This document shows, in pieces, positions 1 through 8,304 of a stretch of 64,000 bases of DNA (the stretch's first letter is position 1; every line of letters starts with the position of its first letter). Below the pieces are notes generated by a model, which saw only the letters and a program-made list of their open reading frames with translations, was not told the origin of the DNA and did no database searches. The DNA is from Myxococcota bacterium (GTDB taxonomy: Bacteria; Myxococcota_A; UBA9042; PHBI01; JAWLBL01): the NCBI GenBank assembly GCA_041687695.1, contig JAWLBL010000013.1:146874-210873 (forward strand), given 5' to 3'. The position numbers and the translations under genes are program-made.

Positions 1-276
1 TCTCACGGCCCACGCTTGCCCGCCGGGCCGCCGTTCCTAGCTTCCGCGCCTTGGGCCAGCGCCTGCCCCGTGACGCCACGGGCGCCGGGGGCTGTCTGGC
101 TGCGCTTCGGCCCCGACCATTGACACACAGCGTCCCGCTTGCGACGATGCAGCGCGCTTCCGACCAACGGAGCGAGCGGCTTGTTCGACGCCAAAAGCCG
201 GGTCTCATAGGCCTTTCGGGCGCGTCTCAGTCGGCCGCCGACGCGATTGCCAGGATCGAGCCCCCAAGGAGTCTAA

Positions 277-792
277 ATGCAATTTCCCTTCAAGATCGGC
301 GACAAGGCCGTCTATCCCGCGCAGGGAGTGACGGAGATCATGGGGATCGAGAGCATGGAGATTTCCGGGACGCAGCACACGGTCTACGTCCTCCGGGTGC
401 TCGACACCAACCGCACGATCCGCATCCCGGTCAACAAGATCAGCTCGGTCGGCCTGCGCTCGGTCATCCAGGGCGAGGAGATCGACGAGGTCTACGGCAT
501 CCTCCGCGAGCGCCCCGGCAAGTTCGACCAGCAGACCTGGAACCGCCGCTATCGCCGCTACCTCGAGAAGATCAAGACCGGCTCGGTCTACGACGTCGCC
601 GAGGTCCTGCGCGATCTGTACCTGCTCAAGTACGACAAGAACCTGTCGTTCGGCGAGCGCAAGATGCTCGACACGGCCCGCTCCCTGCTGGTCAAGGAGC
701 TGTCCATCGCCCGCGAGAGCGCCGAGGACGCCGTCGAGCGCGAGCTCGAGGAGATCTTCGCCGACCAGGAGCCGCTCGAGAAGACGGCCTGA
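277..792 (+). CDS. cdnL: CdnL/CarD-family RNA-polymerase-binding transcription factor
   Basis: 171-aa ORF. The N-terminus FKIGDKAVYPAQGVTEI...HTVYVLRV matches the CarD_CdnL_TRCF RNAP-interaction domain, with a C-terminal helical domain. GC3-rich codon usage. Followed by a rho-independent terminator. Confidence 0.9.
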   Translation: MQFPFKIGDKAVYPAQGVTEIMGIESMEISGTQHTVYVLRVLDTNRTIRIPVNKISSVGLRSVIQGEEIDEVYGILRERPGKFDQQTWNRRYRRYLEKIKTGSVYDVAEVLRDLYLLKYDKNLSFGERKMLDTARSLLVKELSIARESAEDAVERELEEIFADQEPLEKTA

Positions 793-821
793 GTCGCGGC
801 GCAGGGCGCATCGCGCATTGA

Positions 822-858
822 GAAGGGGCGGCTCCGGCGCGCCCCTTCTTCGTTTCGA
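822..858 (+). terminator. rho-independent terminator after cdnL
   Basis: 9-bp GC stem GAAGGGGCG/CGCCCCTTC (822-830 and 840-848) followed by TTCGTTTCG. Lies between convergent cdnL and the M20 peptidase gene. Confidence 0.6.
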
Positions 859-921
859 AGGCCGGCGCTCGGCTCCGGGGCCGGCGCCGCCGCCGTCGGC
901 CTCCGGCGCCCGGCGCCGCGC

Positions 922-2424
922 TCAGCGTCCGCCGACGCCCGCCATCCGGTGGTCGCTGGCCGAGGTGGGCGCGTCCGCGGCCTCCTCGGGCCGCCGCGCG
1001 AGGCACCAACGCGCGATCATGGCCTCGTAGAAGCGCAGCGCCGCCTCGAGGTGGCTGACCGGGATGCCCTCGTCGTCGCGGTACAGGTCGCCCGCGCCGC
1101 GCCCCGGCCCGAACACCAGCGTCGCCGCGCCGGTCTCGGCGATGAGGCCGGCGTCCGTGCTCAGGCGCCCGCCCGACAGGACCGGCGGCACCCCGGCCGC
1201 GCGCAGGCTCTCGCGGGCGGCGGTCAGGAAGCCGGAGTCGTCGGCGCCGGCGGCCAGGGCCGCGCGGTCCTGCGTCACCTGGACGGTGAAGTCGAGCTCG
1301 TCCTCGCGGGCGAGGGCCCGCTGCACGGCGGCGACGAACCGGTCGCCGATGGCGTGGGTGTCGACGCCGGGCCCGGTCCACATGGTGATGACCCCGGTGA
1401 CGGTGTCCCGGTCCGATTCGAGCCAGCCGGTGTGCGCGGCGGGGCGCGGGCGGGCGGCCAGGGCGTTGCGCTCGGGCGCGGTCACCTCGGCCACGGCGGC
1501 GAGGCCGGCGTCGCGCGCCCGCAGCCAGGCCTCGAACATCGGGTCGATGGGGAAGGGCAGGGGCGTGCCGTCCGCGAGGGCGCGGGCGGTGACGTCCGGC
1601 GGCAGCGGCGGCAGGTCGTCGTAGCTGGTCGCGATCTGCATGGTGCAGCGCGCCGGGACGCGGTTGGAGGCCTCGCCCGCCTCGAAGGACAGGACGCGCA
1701 CGTCGCCCGCCTGGCGCAGCTGCTTCAGCACCTCGAGGCCGCGGGCCAGGGCGTCGGCGCCGAGGTGGGGCACCTGCGCGTGGGCCGAGCGCCCGGGCAC
1801 CTCGACCTCGAAGAACCCGCGCGTGGGCGGCATGCGGCGGTGGCGGATCTGGCGCTCGATCTGCAGCCGGAAGCTGACGTAGCCGGGGTGGTCGGTCCAG
1901 ATCTCGAGGTTGGTCGGCGCGCCCACCAGGGCGGCCGCCGGGCGCGCGCTGTTGCCGTCGAGCAGGGCCCGGATGCCGGTGCCGCGGGCCTCCTCGCCGA
2001 AGAGGGCGACGACGTGCAGGGGGCGGACGAGGCGCTCGTGGCGAAAGCGCGAGGCGGCCAGGATCTTCAGCACCAGATCGACCTTGCCGCTGCAGGCGCC
2101 GAGGCCGTGCAGCAGGCCGGTGCGCGGGTCGAGGCGGGGCTCGAAGGGGTCGCCGCCGGTCGAGCGCCAGACGCCCGGGACCGGATCGGCGCCGGTGGAC
2201 ACGCACGACACGAGCCACAGCGGCTCGTCGACGCGCTCGCCGTGGCCGAGGCCGACGAGGTTGACGAAGTCGGCGGTCTCGCTCGACGAGACCTGCTCGA
2301 AGATGTGCAGCTCTCCGTAGAACATGAGATCCATCAGGTACGCGATCGTGTCGGAGGCGCTGTGCCTCAGGCGGGAGTCGCGTCGAAGGATCTCGAGCAC
2401 GGCGTCGACGGGCTTGACCGGCAT
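922..2424 (-). CDS. M20-family metallopeptidase (ArgE/DapE/carboxypeptidase G2-like)
   Basis: 500-aa ORF with M20-like metal-binding segments ([20 protein letters not shown]) and a C-terminal dimerisation-like region. The family is assigned by recall. The exact substrate is not inferable. Confidence 0.75.
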   Translation of the reverse strand: MPVKPVDAVLEILRRDSRLRHSASDTIAYLMDLMFYGELHIFEQVSSSETADFVNLVGLGHGERVDEPLWLVSCVSTGADPVPGVWRSTGGDPFEPRLDPRTGLLHGLGACSGKVDLVLKILAASRFRHERLVRPLHVVALFGEEARGTGIRALLDGNSARPAAALVGAPTNLEIWTDHPGYVSFRLQIERQIRHRRMPPTRGFFEVEVPGRSAHAQVPHLGADALARGLEVLKQLRQAGDVRVLSFEAGEASNRVPARCTMQIATSYDDLPPLPPDVTARALADGTPLPFPIDPMFEAWLRARDAGLAAVAEVTAPERNALAARPRPAAHTGWLESDRDTVTGVITMWTGPGVDTHAIGDRFVAAVQRALAREDELDFTVQVTQDRAALAAGADDSGFLTAARESLRAAGVPPVLSGGRLSTDAGLIAETGAATLVFGPGRGAGDLYRDDEGIPVSHLEAALRFYEAMIARWCLARRPEEAADAPTSASDHRMAGVGGR

Positions 2425-2570
2425 CGGACACCTCGGTGCGGCGCGCCAGGGCGCGCGGGCGGACGGCGGCTAGGCGGCCACCGACCCCGCCGCTCGGCGA
2501 GCGGTCGGTCGGGCGGACCGCGGGGCCGATCGAATCGATCCCTTGGGCATGTTGTCAACTGGAGCGGCGG

Positions 2571-3032
<462 letters not shown>

Positions 3033-3072
3033 GCGAGGGCGAAGCCCGATCTTGATCCTCGCCGCGATGGCG

Positions 3073-3091
3073 ATACACTTGTTCAGTGTAT
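3073..3091. promoter_or_regulatory. LexA-box-like palindrome overlapping the imuA start codon
   Basis: ATACAC-TTGTTCA-GTGTAT is a perfect 6-nt inverted repeat containing GTTCAG. It matches the delta-proteobacterial LexA consensus CTRHAMRYBYGTTCAGS at about 15 of 17 positions. The imuA ATG at 3090 lies inside the 3' arm. Confidence 0.45.
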
Positions 3092-4004
3092 GGCCCAGCG
3101 CGTGACCATCGACGAGCTCAAGGCTCGTCTCCATCAGGCCTTCCCCGAGGCGATCCCCGAGGCGGAGCTCCCGTCGCCCTCGGGGCGGGTCGCGACCGGG
3201 GTGCCGCGGCTCGATCGGCTGCTCGGCGGCGGGCTCGTCGCCGGGCAGGTGGCGGCCTGGCTGGCCGCGCCGGGGGCCGGCTCGGCTTCGCTGATGCGCG
3301 CGACGGCGCGCCGGGCGCTGGGCGACGGCCACCGCGTCGCGATCGTGGACGCGGGCGGGACGCTGGCCCCGGCGGACTGGGCGCCGATCGGCGCGCCCCC
3401 TCAGGAGCGGCTGTGGTTCGTGCGCCCACCGGTCGGCGGCGATCCCGAGGAGGCGGGCCGCCAGGGCCTGTGGGCGGCCGAGGTGCTGACCCGCTCGGGC
3501 GCCTTCGGCCTGGTGATGCTGGATCTGACCGGCCTCGACGTGCGCGGGGCCACCCGCTGGGCCGCGCCCCTGCGTCGGGCGGCGCGCGACGGCGCCGCGG
3601 CCCTGCTCCTGGTCGGCGAGGCCGCCACCCGCGCCGCGCCGACCCAGGTCGTCCGTCTCGAACCCCGGGCGCCCGCCCCCGCCGATCTCGAGGCCGGGCG
3701 CCGCGCGCTGGGGGTGTCGCTCGTGCGCGGCGGCCCCCCCGGCGCCGAGGAGCTCGTCATCGATGCTCGCCCCTGTCTCGTCCCGCGTCGCCTGCCTGCG
3801 CTCGCCGTGGTTCGCGATCGACGTCCTGGCGCGCGACGGCCTCGCCGCGAAGGGTTCGCCGATCGCGGTGATCCGGGGCGCCGGCACGCACGCGCGGGTC
3901 GCGCTGGCCAGCCCGGCGGCCAGGGCCGCTGGGGTGCGGGCCGGGCAGAGCCCGTCGGAGGCGCGGGCCCTGGCGCGCGATCTGGCGCTGACGACGTGGG
4001 ATGA
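3090..4004 (+). CDS. imuA: ImuA (SOS mutagenesis cassette protein, RecA/SulA-fold), C-terminus uncertain
   Basis: The first roughly 228 aa (to ...EELVIDARP) look like ImuA: GVPRLDRLLGGGL, and a RecA-like core AIVDAGGTL...GLVMLDL. After nt 3763 the frame overlaps imuB and reads Arg/Gly/Pro-rich sequence typical of wrong-frame translation. The true end is probably near 3770-3790. Confidence 0.65.
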   Translation: MAQRVTIDELKARLHQAFPEAIPEAELPSPSGRVATGVPRLDRLLGGGLVAGQVAAWLAAPGAGSASLMRATARRALGDGHRVAIVDAGGTLAPADWAPIGAPPQERLWFVRPPVGGDPEEAGRQGLWAAEVLTRSGAFGLVMLDLTGLDVRGATRWAAPLRRAARDGAAALLLVGEAATRAAPTQVVRLEPRAPAPADLEAGRRALGVSLVRGGPPGAEELVIDARPCLVPRRLPALAVVRDRRPGARRPRREGFADRGDPGRRHARAGRAGQPGGQGRWGAGRAEPVGGAGPGARSGADDVG

Positions 4005-5313
4005 GGCGCGGATCGCGGCGGCGATGGCGGCGCTGGGCGAGCGGCTCGAGGCGGTGACGCCGCGGCTGGCGCCCGCGGGGCCGGGGTGCTTCTGGCTCGA
4101 GCCGGTGGTCTCGCGGGGCGAGGACGAGCGGGCCTTCGCCGCGCGGCTGCTCGAGGCGGCGCGTGGCGAGCGGCTGACCGAGGCGCGCGTGGCCATCGCG
4201 GACGGGCCGGTCGCGGCCTCGGCGGCGGCGCGGACGGCGCGCGAGGCGGTGACCTGCCTGCCGCCGGGCGGGGACGCGGCCTTCCTGGCGGGGCTGCCCA
4301 TCGAGCTCCTGGGCGTCGGGCCGGCGATGCGCGAGCTGCTGGTGGCGCTGGGCGTGCGCACCGGGGCCGCGCTGCAGGCGATGGACCCGGGGCTGCTCGA
4401 GGCGCGCTTCGGGCCCGAGGGGCGCCGCCTGTGGCTGCGGGCGCGCGGGCAGACGCGGCGGCGGCCGCTGACGCCGCGCGGGCGGCCCGAGCACCGGGTC
4501 GAGGTGCCGCTGCTCGAGGCGACGGCGCACCTCGAGCCGGTCCTGTTCGTGCTGCGGGGCGCCATCGATCGGGTGGCGCGGGCCATGGCGGGGGCGGGGG
4601 CGGCCGTCGCGCGGCTGCGTGTCACCCTGGTGCGCGAGCGGGGCGAGGCGACGCGGCTCGAGCTGGCGCCGTCGCGGCCGAGCGCCGAGGGGCCGCTGCT
4701 CTTCGAGCTGGTCCGGGCGCGCCTGGCCGAGTCGCCCGACGGCGAGGAGGGGGCGCCGGACTGGACGGCCCACCCGGTGACCGACGTCGTCGTCGAGGTG
4801 GGCGAGGGCGCGCCGCTGAACCCGCTGCAGGGCGACCTGTTCGCCGCGCGCTGGCGCGACCCGGTGGCGCTCGAGGCGGCGCTGGCGCGGCTGACGGGCC
4901 GCTTCGGCGAGGGCGCGGTGGCCGTGCCGGTCGCGGTGGACACCTGGCGGCCCGAGCGGGCGGGGATCTGGCGGCCGGTGGCCGAGGCGGGGGCGGCCGC
5001 GGCGACCGGGGCGGCGCCGTCCGAGGCCCCCGCCGAGGCCGCGGACGGGGACGTCAGCGCCTGCGTGCGGCTGCTGCCCGAGCCGGCCCCGGTGCGGCTC
5101 GACGCCGAGCGGCGGCAGGTCTTCGGGGCGCGGGCGCGGGGGCCGGTCACGGTCACGGCCTGGCGCGGGCCCGAGCGGCTGTCGGGCGAGGCCTGGGGCG
5201 AGGACCCCTGGGACCGCGACTACTTCTGGCTGCTGACGGCCGAGGCCGGGGCGCTGTGGGTCTACCGGGATCGCCGCGCGGGGGGGTGGTTCCTGCACGG
5301 CTGGCTCGACTGA
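3763..5313 (+). CDS. imuB: ImuB (Y-family DNA-polymerase-like, catalytically degenerate)
   Basis: 516-aa protein. N-terminal RVACLRSPWFAIDVL...SPIAVIRGAG...RVALASPAARAAGVRAGQSPSEARAL matches the Y-family palm/finger start (IACVD...PVAV...V.AASYEAR..GV..GM). Sits immediately downstream of imuA, as in imuA-imuB(-dnaE2) cassettes. Confidence 0.8.
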   Translation: MLAPVSSRVACLRSPWFAIDVLARDGLAAKGSPIAVIRGAGTHARVALASPAARAAGVRAGQSPSEARALARDLALTTWDEARIAAAMAALGERLEAVTPRLAPAGPGCFWLEPVVSRGEDERAFAARLLEAARGERLTEARVAIADGPVAASAAARTAREAVTCLPPGGDAAFLAGLPIELLGVGPAMRELLVALGVRTGAALQAMDPGLLEARFGPEGRRLWLRARGQTRRRPLTPRGRPEHRVEVPLLEATAHLEPVLFVLRGAIDRVARAMAGAGAAVARLRVTLVRERGEATRLELAPSRPSAEGPLLFELVRARLAESPDGEEGAPDWTAHPVTDVVVEVGEGAPLNPLQGDLFAARWRDPVALEAALARLTGRFGEGAVAVPVAVDTWRPERAGIWRPVAEAGAAAATGAAPSEAPAEAADGDVSACVRLLPEPAPVRLDAERRQVFGARARGPVTVTAWRGPERLSGEAWGEDPWDRDYFWLLTAEAGALWVYRDRRAGGWFLHGWLD

Positions 5314-5424
5314 GGGCGCGCGGGTCGGGACGCGCCCCTAACCCTGGCTTGACGCTGGGAAAAGCCGGTGTCTATGATGCGCCGGCTCGACGGGACCGAG
5401 TGTCAGTCATCATCGAGGGTTAGC

Positions 5425-6768
5425 ATGGGCGAAGGCGCCGACAAGTCGAAGAAGGATGCTTCCACGGGCGAGCCCGAGGGGGGCCTCCCGGAGTTCATCG
5501 TGACCGAAGGCGCCGAAGACGCCGCGGACACCACCGCCGCGGCCGAGGAGACCCAGGCCGAGGCGTCGTCCGACGCGGGCGCCGAGCTGTCGGCCGAGGA
5601 GGCGCTCGCCATCGCCGAGGCCGAGGCCGCGGCGGCCGAGGCGGCGGCCAAGGCGGCGGCGGCGGCGGCAGCGGCGGCGGCGGCCAAGGCCAAGGCCGAG
5701 AAGGTCAAGGCGGCGACCAGCGACACCGTCGAGGCGTCGGCCGAGGGCAAGGGCAAGAAGGGCAAGGCCAAGGGCGGCGGCGACAAGGCCAAGGACGTGG
5801 CCAAGGCGGCGGCGACCAAGGCGCCCGAGCCCGAGCCCGAGCCGATCCTGGTCATCAAGCCCAGCGCCGAGGGCCTGTTCGAGGGCAAGGTCGACGAGAA
5901 GGCCGCCGAGTCGTTCATCCCCGACGAGCCCTTCCGCGGCGGGCGCAGCAAGGTCGCCATCGGCGCCTTCGCGGTCGTGCTGCTGGCCACGGTCGGCGGC
6001 GGGGCGGTCATCGCCTCGAACGAGCGGCTCAAGACCGACGTGCAGTGCTTCCTCGAGCAGCGCCTCGACGAGTGCAAGGGCGCCGAGAAGCGCGCGCTCG
6101 AGGCCCGGTGGAAGGACGAGGACCTCAAGGCGCGCAACCGCTACGGCGACGTGACGCTGGTCTACTTCCCGCCGGACGCCAAGGTGAAGGTGACCAAGAC
6201 CACCTACACCCAGGAGGGCCTGAGCGGCGCGCCCACCAAGTCGGGCGAGGAAGAGATCAAGAACGCCACGAGCGATCTGAAGCCGGGCCAGACCATCGAG
6301 CGCCTGCCGCTGCTCAACCTGCCGATCTTCGAGTCCGAGAAGAACGAGCAGGGCGACGTCACCACGGTCTTCACCTACGAGTACAAGCTCGAGTTCGAGC
6401 GCGAGGGCTACGAGCCGCGCACCTTCACCTACCGCATCGACGACTGGCAGCGCGTCGGCCCGGGCAACGAGATCATCGACTGGAAGGGGCTCGACCTCAT
6501 CCCGAAGCCCGAGACCCTGATGGCCAACTTCGCCAAGGCGATGGGGCAGCTGCACTGCGCGCTCAAGGACAACAAGAAGGCCAAGGGCCTCGACCCCGAG
6601 AGCCTCGGGCTGGTCGAGGAGTCCGCCTTCGAGATCATCCGCCTGCGCAACGGCTTCAAGACCAAGGACGACTTCAACACGGCCTACTCCATCCTGACCG
6701 GCGGCCAGCACGCCGAGTGGTGGGCGAAGACCGCCGAGGAGATCGCCAAGAACAAGTGCGACGAGTGA
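5425..6768 (+). CDS. hypothetical single-pass membrane protein with Ala/Lys/Glu-rich low-complexity N-terminus
   Basis: ATG at 5425 preceded by a GAGGGT RBS. Disordered acidic/poly-Ala N-terminus, one TM helix (VAIGAFAVVLLATVGGGAVIA), and a roughly 250-aa C-terminal domain with good coding statistics. No recognisable family. Confidence 0.6.
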   Translation: MGEGADKSKKDASTGEPEGGLPEFIVTEGAEDAADTTAAAEETQAEASSDAGAELSAEEALAIAEAEAAAAEAAAKAAAAAAAAAAAKAKAEKVKAATSDTVEASAEGKGKKGKAKGGGDKAKDVAKAAATKAPEPEPEPILVIKPSAEGLFEGKVDEKAAESFIPDEPFRGGRSKVAIGAFAVVLLATVGGGAVIASNERLKTDVQCFLEQRLDECKGAEKRALEARWKDEDLKARNRYGDVTLVYFPPDAKVKVTKTTYTQEGLSGAPTKSGEEEIKNATSDLKPGQTIERLPLLNLPIFESEKNEQGDVTTVFTYEYKLEFEREGYEPRTFTYRIDDWQRVGPGNEIIDWKGLDLIPKPETLMANFAKAMGQLHCALKDNKKAKGLDPESLGLVEESAFEIIRLRNGFKTKDDFNTAYSILTGGQHAEWWAKTAEEIAKNKCDE

Positions 6769-6839
6769 CGGCTCAGACGTGAGCTGAAGGCTCCTGGCAC
6801 GAGCTGAAGGCTCCGGCCTGAGTCGGCGCCACGACGCGG

Positions 6840-6876
6840 AGGCGGCCCCCACCCGGAGGCCGCCTTCGTCCTTTCG
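6840..6876. terminator. bidirectional terminator between convergent genes
   Basis: AGGCGGCC/GGCCGCCT stem with a 10-nt loop followed by TCGTCCTTTCG. Lies between the + hypothetical gene (ends 6768) and the - mepA-like gene (ends 6902). Confidence 0.4.
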
Positions 6877-6901
6877 AAGGCCCGCTCGGCCAGGCGCGCG
6901 G

Positions 6902-8212
6902 TCAGTCTCCGACGTCCTCGCCGGTCAGGTGGGCCCATGCGGGCGGCGTGCGCTCGCCCCGCAGGAAGGCGACGGCGTCGGCGGCCAGGGCGCGGATCTC
7001 GGGGTCGGCGTGGGCCGTCAGCGGCTCGAGGTGGGGCGTGGCCTGCGAGGCCTTGAGGCGCACGAGGCGGGTGATGGCGTAGCGCAGCTCGTCGGGGCCG
7101 CCGGCGCGGAGCAGCGGCACCACCTCGGCCACGCGCTCGGCGAGCGCCGCCTCCCACGTGTCCACCCACGGCCGCGTCGGGCCCTGGTCGACGCAGCCCT
7201 CGACCCGCTCCTCGAGCGCGCAGTACAGGCGCACGTGGAAGTGCTCCTCGTGGCGCGACGAGTCGCGCGGCTCGCGCAGGACGGCCTCGGCGCGCTCGAC
7301 GAGCAGCGGGTCGGCCCCCGCGCTGCGGGCCCAGGCGATGAGGCGCGCCTTCAGCGGGTTCGAGACGAAGATCCACTGGATCTGCACGCGCGGGTCGCGC
7401 AAGAGCCCCTCGACCAGCGCCCAGTTGCGCGCGTCGTCGAACCACAGATCGCCGCCCCAGCGCGCGCGCCCGTCCGCGCCGAACGGGACCAGCTCCGGCT
7501 GATCGGCGATGCGCCAGGCGCCGTCGCGCACGTAGAAGGCCAGATCGACGTCGCGCCCGCTGTTGTGGCTGGCGTGGCCGTGCAGGTCGCCGCCGTCGCG
7601 CGCGCTGAGATCGCCCGCCCACAGGACGCTGCCCGGCCACTGGTCCGCGACCCGCCGCGCCGCGCGCTCGAGGGCGCCGACCAGCTCGTCGGTGCCCCAG
7701 ACGGCGCCGCGCCGGACCGAGATCGGGCGCGCCCGCAGCGGGCCCGTGTCGGTGAGGCGGCGCGCCCCGACCAGGTAGCCGCGCGACGCGGTGCCGATGG
7801 AGTAGCTGCGCTGGGCGCTGAGCCCGACGAGGTGCGCCCGGTCGAAGGCCGGGATGGAGGCCTGGTGCGACGGCGCCGGCGGGGGCGGGGCCGACAGGCT
7901 GGCGGCCGGCAGGAGCTGCACGGCGCCGAGGTCGAGCCGGGCCAGCGCGCGGCCCTCGGCGGGGCCCGCGACGGGCGATGGGGGCGCGCACGACAGGCAG
8001 GCGGCCGCGCCGATCCCGGCGAGCCAATCGCGGGGGCCCAGATGGGCGCGACCGCCCCGGCGCCCGCGGGGAGGCCGGGGCGGGTGCCGCGACGCGTCGG
8101 GCGACGGCCGATCTCGTAACGAGCGCTTCACCGCCGCGCACCGTACCGCAGCCTGGGCGCAGGCGCACCAAACGCGCGGCCGCGATCGCGGGTGAATTCT
8201 GGCTGAATACAC
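6902..8212 (-). CDS. mepA: penicillin-insensitive murein endopeptidase MepA-like (peptidase M74), start uncertain
   Basis: Contains the MepA-type metal-site motifs HGHASHNSGRDVDLAFY and EEHFHVRL. A signal/lipobox-like stretch WLAGIGAAACLSCAPP precedes the domain. The first ATG of the ORF (8212) may be upstream of the true start. Confidence 0.65.
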   Translation of the reverse strand: MYSARIHPRSRPRVWCACAQAAVRCAAVKRSLRDRPSPDASRHPPRPPRGRRGGRAHLGPRDWLAGIGAAACLSCAPPSPVAGPAEGRALARLDLGAVQLLPAASLSAPPPPAPSHQASIPAFDRAHLVGLSAQRSYSIGTASRGYLVGARRLTDTGPLRARPISVRRGAVWGTDELVGALERAARRVADQWPGSVLWAGDLSARDGGDLHGHASHNSGRDVDLAFYVRDGAWRIADQPELVPFGADGRARWGGDLWFDDARNWALVEGLLRDPRVQIQWIFVSNPLKARLIAWARSAGADPLLVERAEAVLREPRDSSRHEEHFHVRLYCALEERVEGCVDQGPTRPWVDTWEAALAERVAEVVPLLRAGGPDELRYAITRLVRLKASQATPHLEPLTAHADPEIRALAADAVAFLRGERTPPAWAHLTGEDVGD

Positions 8213-8229
8213 CGCCGGGCGGCCCCTTT

Positions 8230-8259
8230 TTGACCGGGTCGGAGCCGGCCCGGTAAGCT
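8230..8259 (+). promoter_or_regulatory. sigma70-like promoter of Cys-rich lipoprotein gene 1
   Basis: TTGACC - 18 nt - TAAGCT, then CTCCGCAC. It sits about 45 nt upstream of the ATG at 8305. The gene-2 promoter-like element has almost the same layout. Confidence 0.35.
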
Positions 8260-8304
8260 CCGCACGCGCGGGCCCGTCCAGGGCTCCAGGGGGACGAAGC
8301 GGTC

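Noticed and set aside
1-276. ORFs 3..194 (minus strand) and 51..821 (plus strand) at the window start
   Set aside because: The 51..821 ORF is an alternative frame overlapping the well-supported cdnL gene. The 3..194 ORF is short, low-complexity, and has no RBS. The region is more likely the cdnL promoter and 5' UTR.
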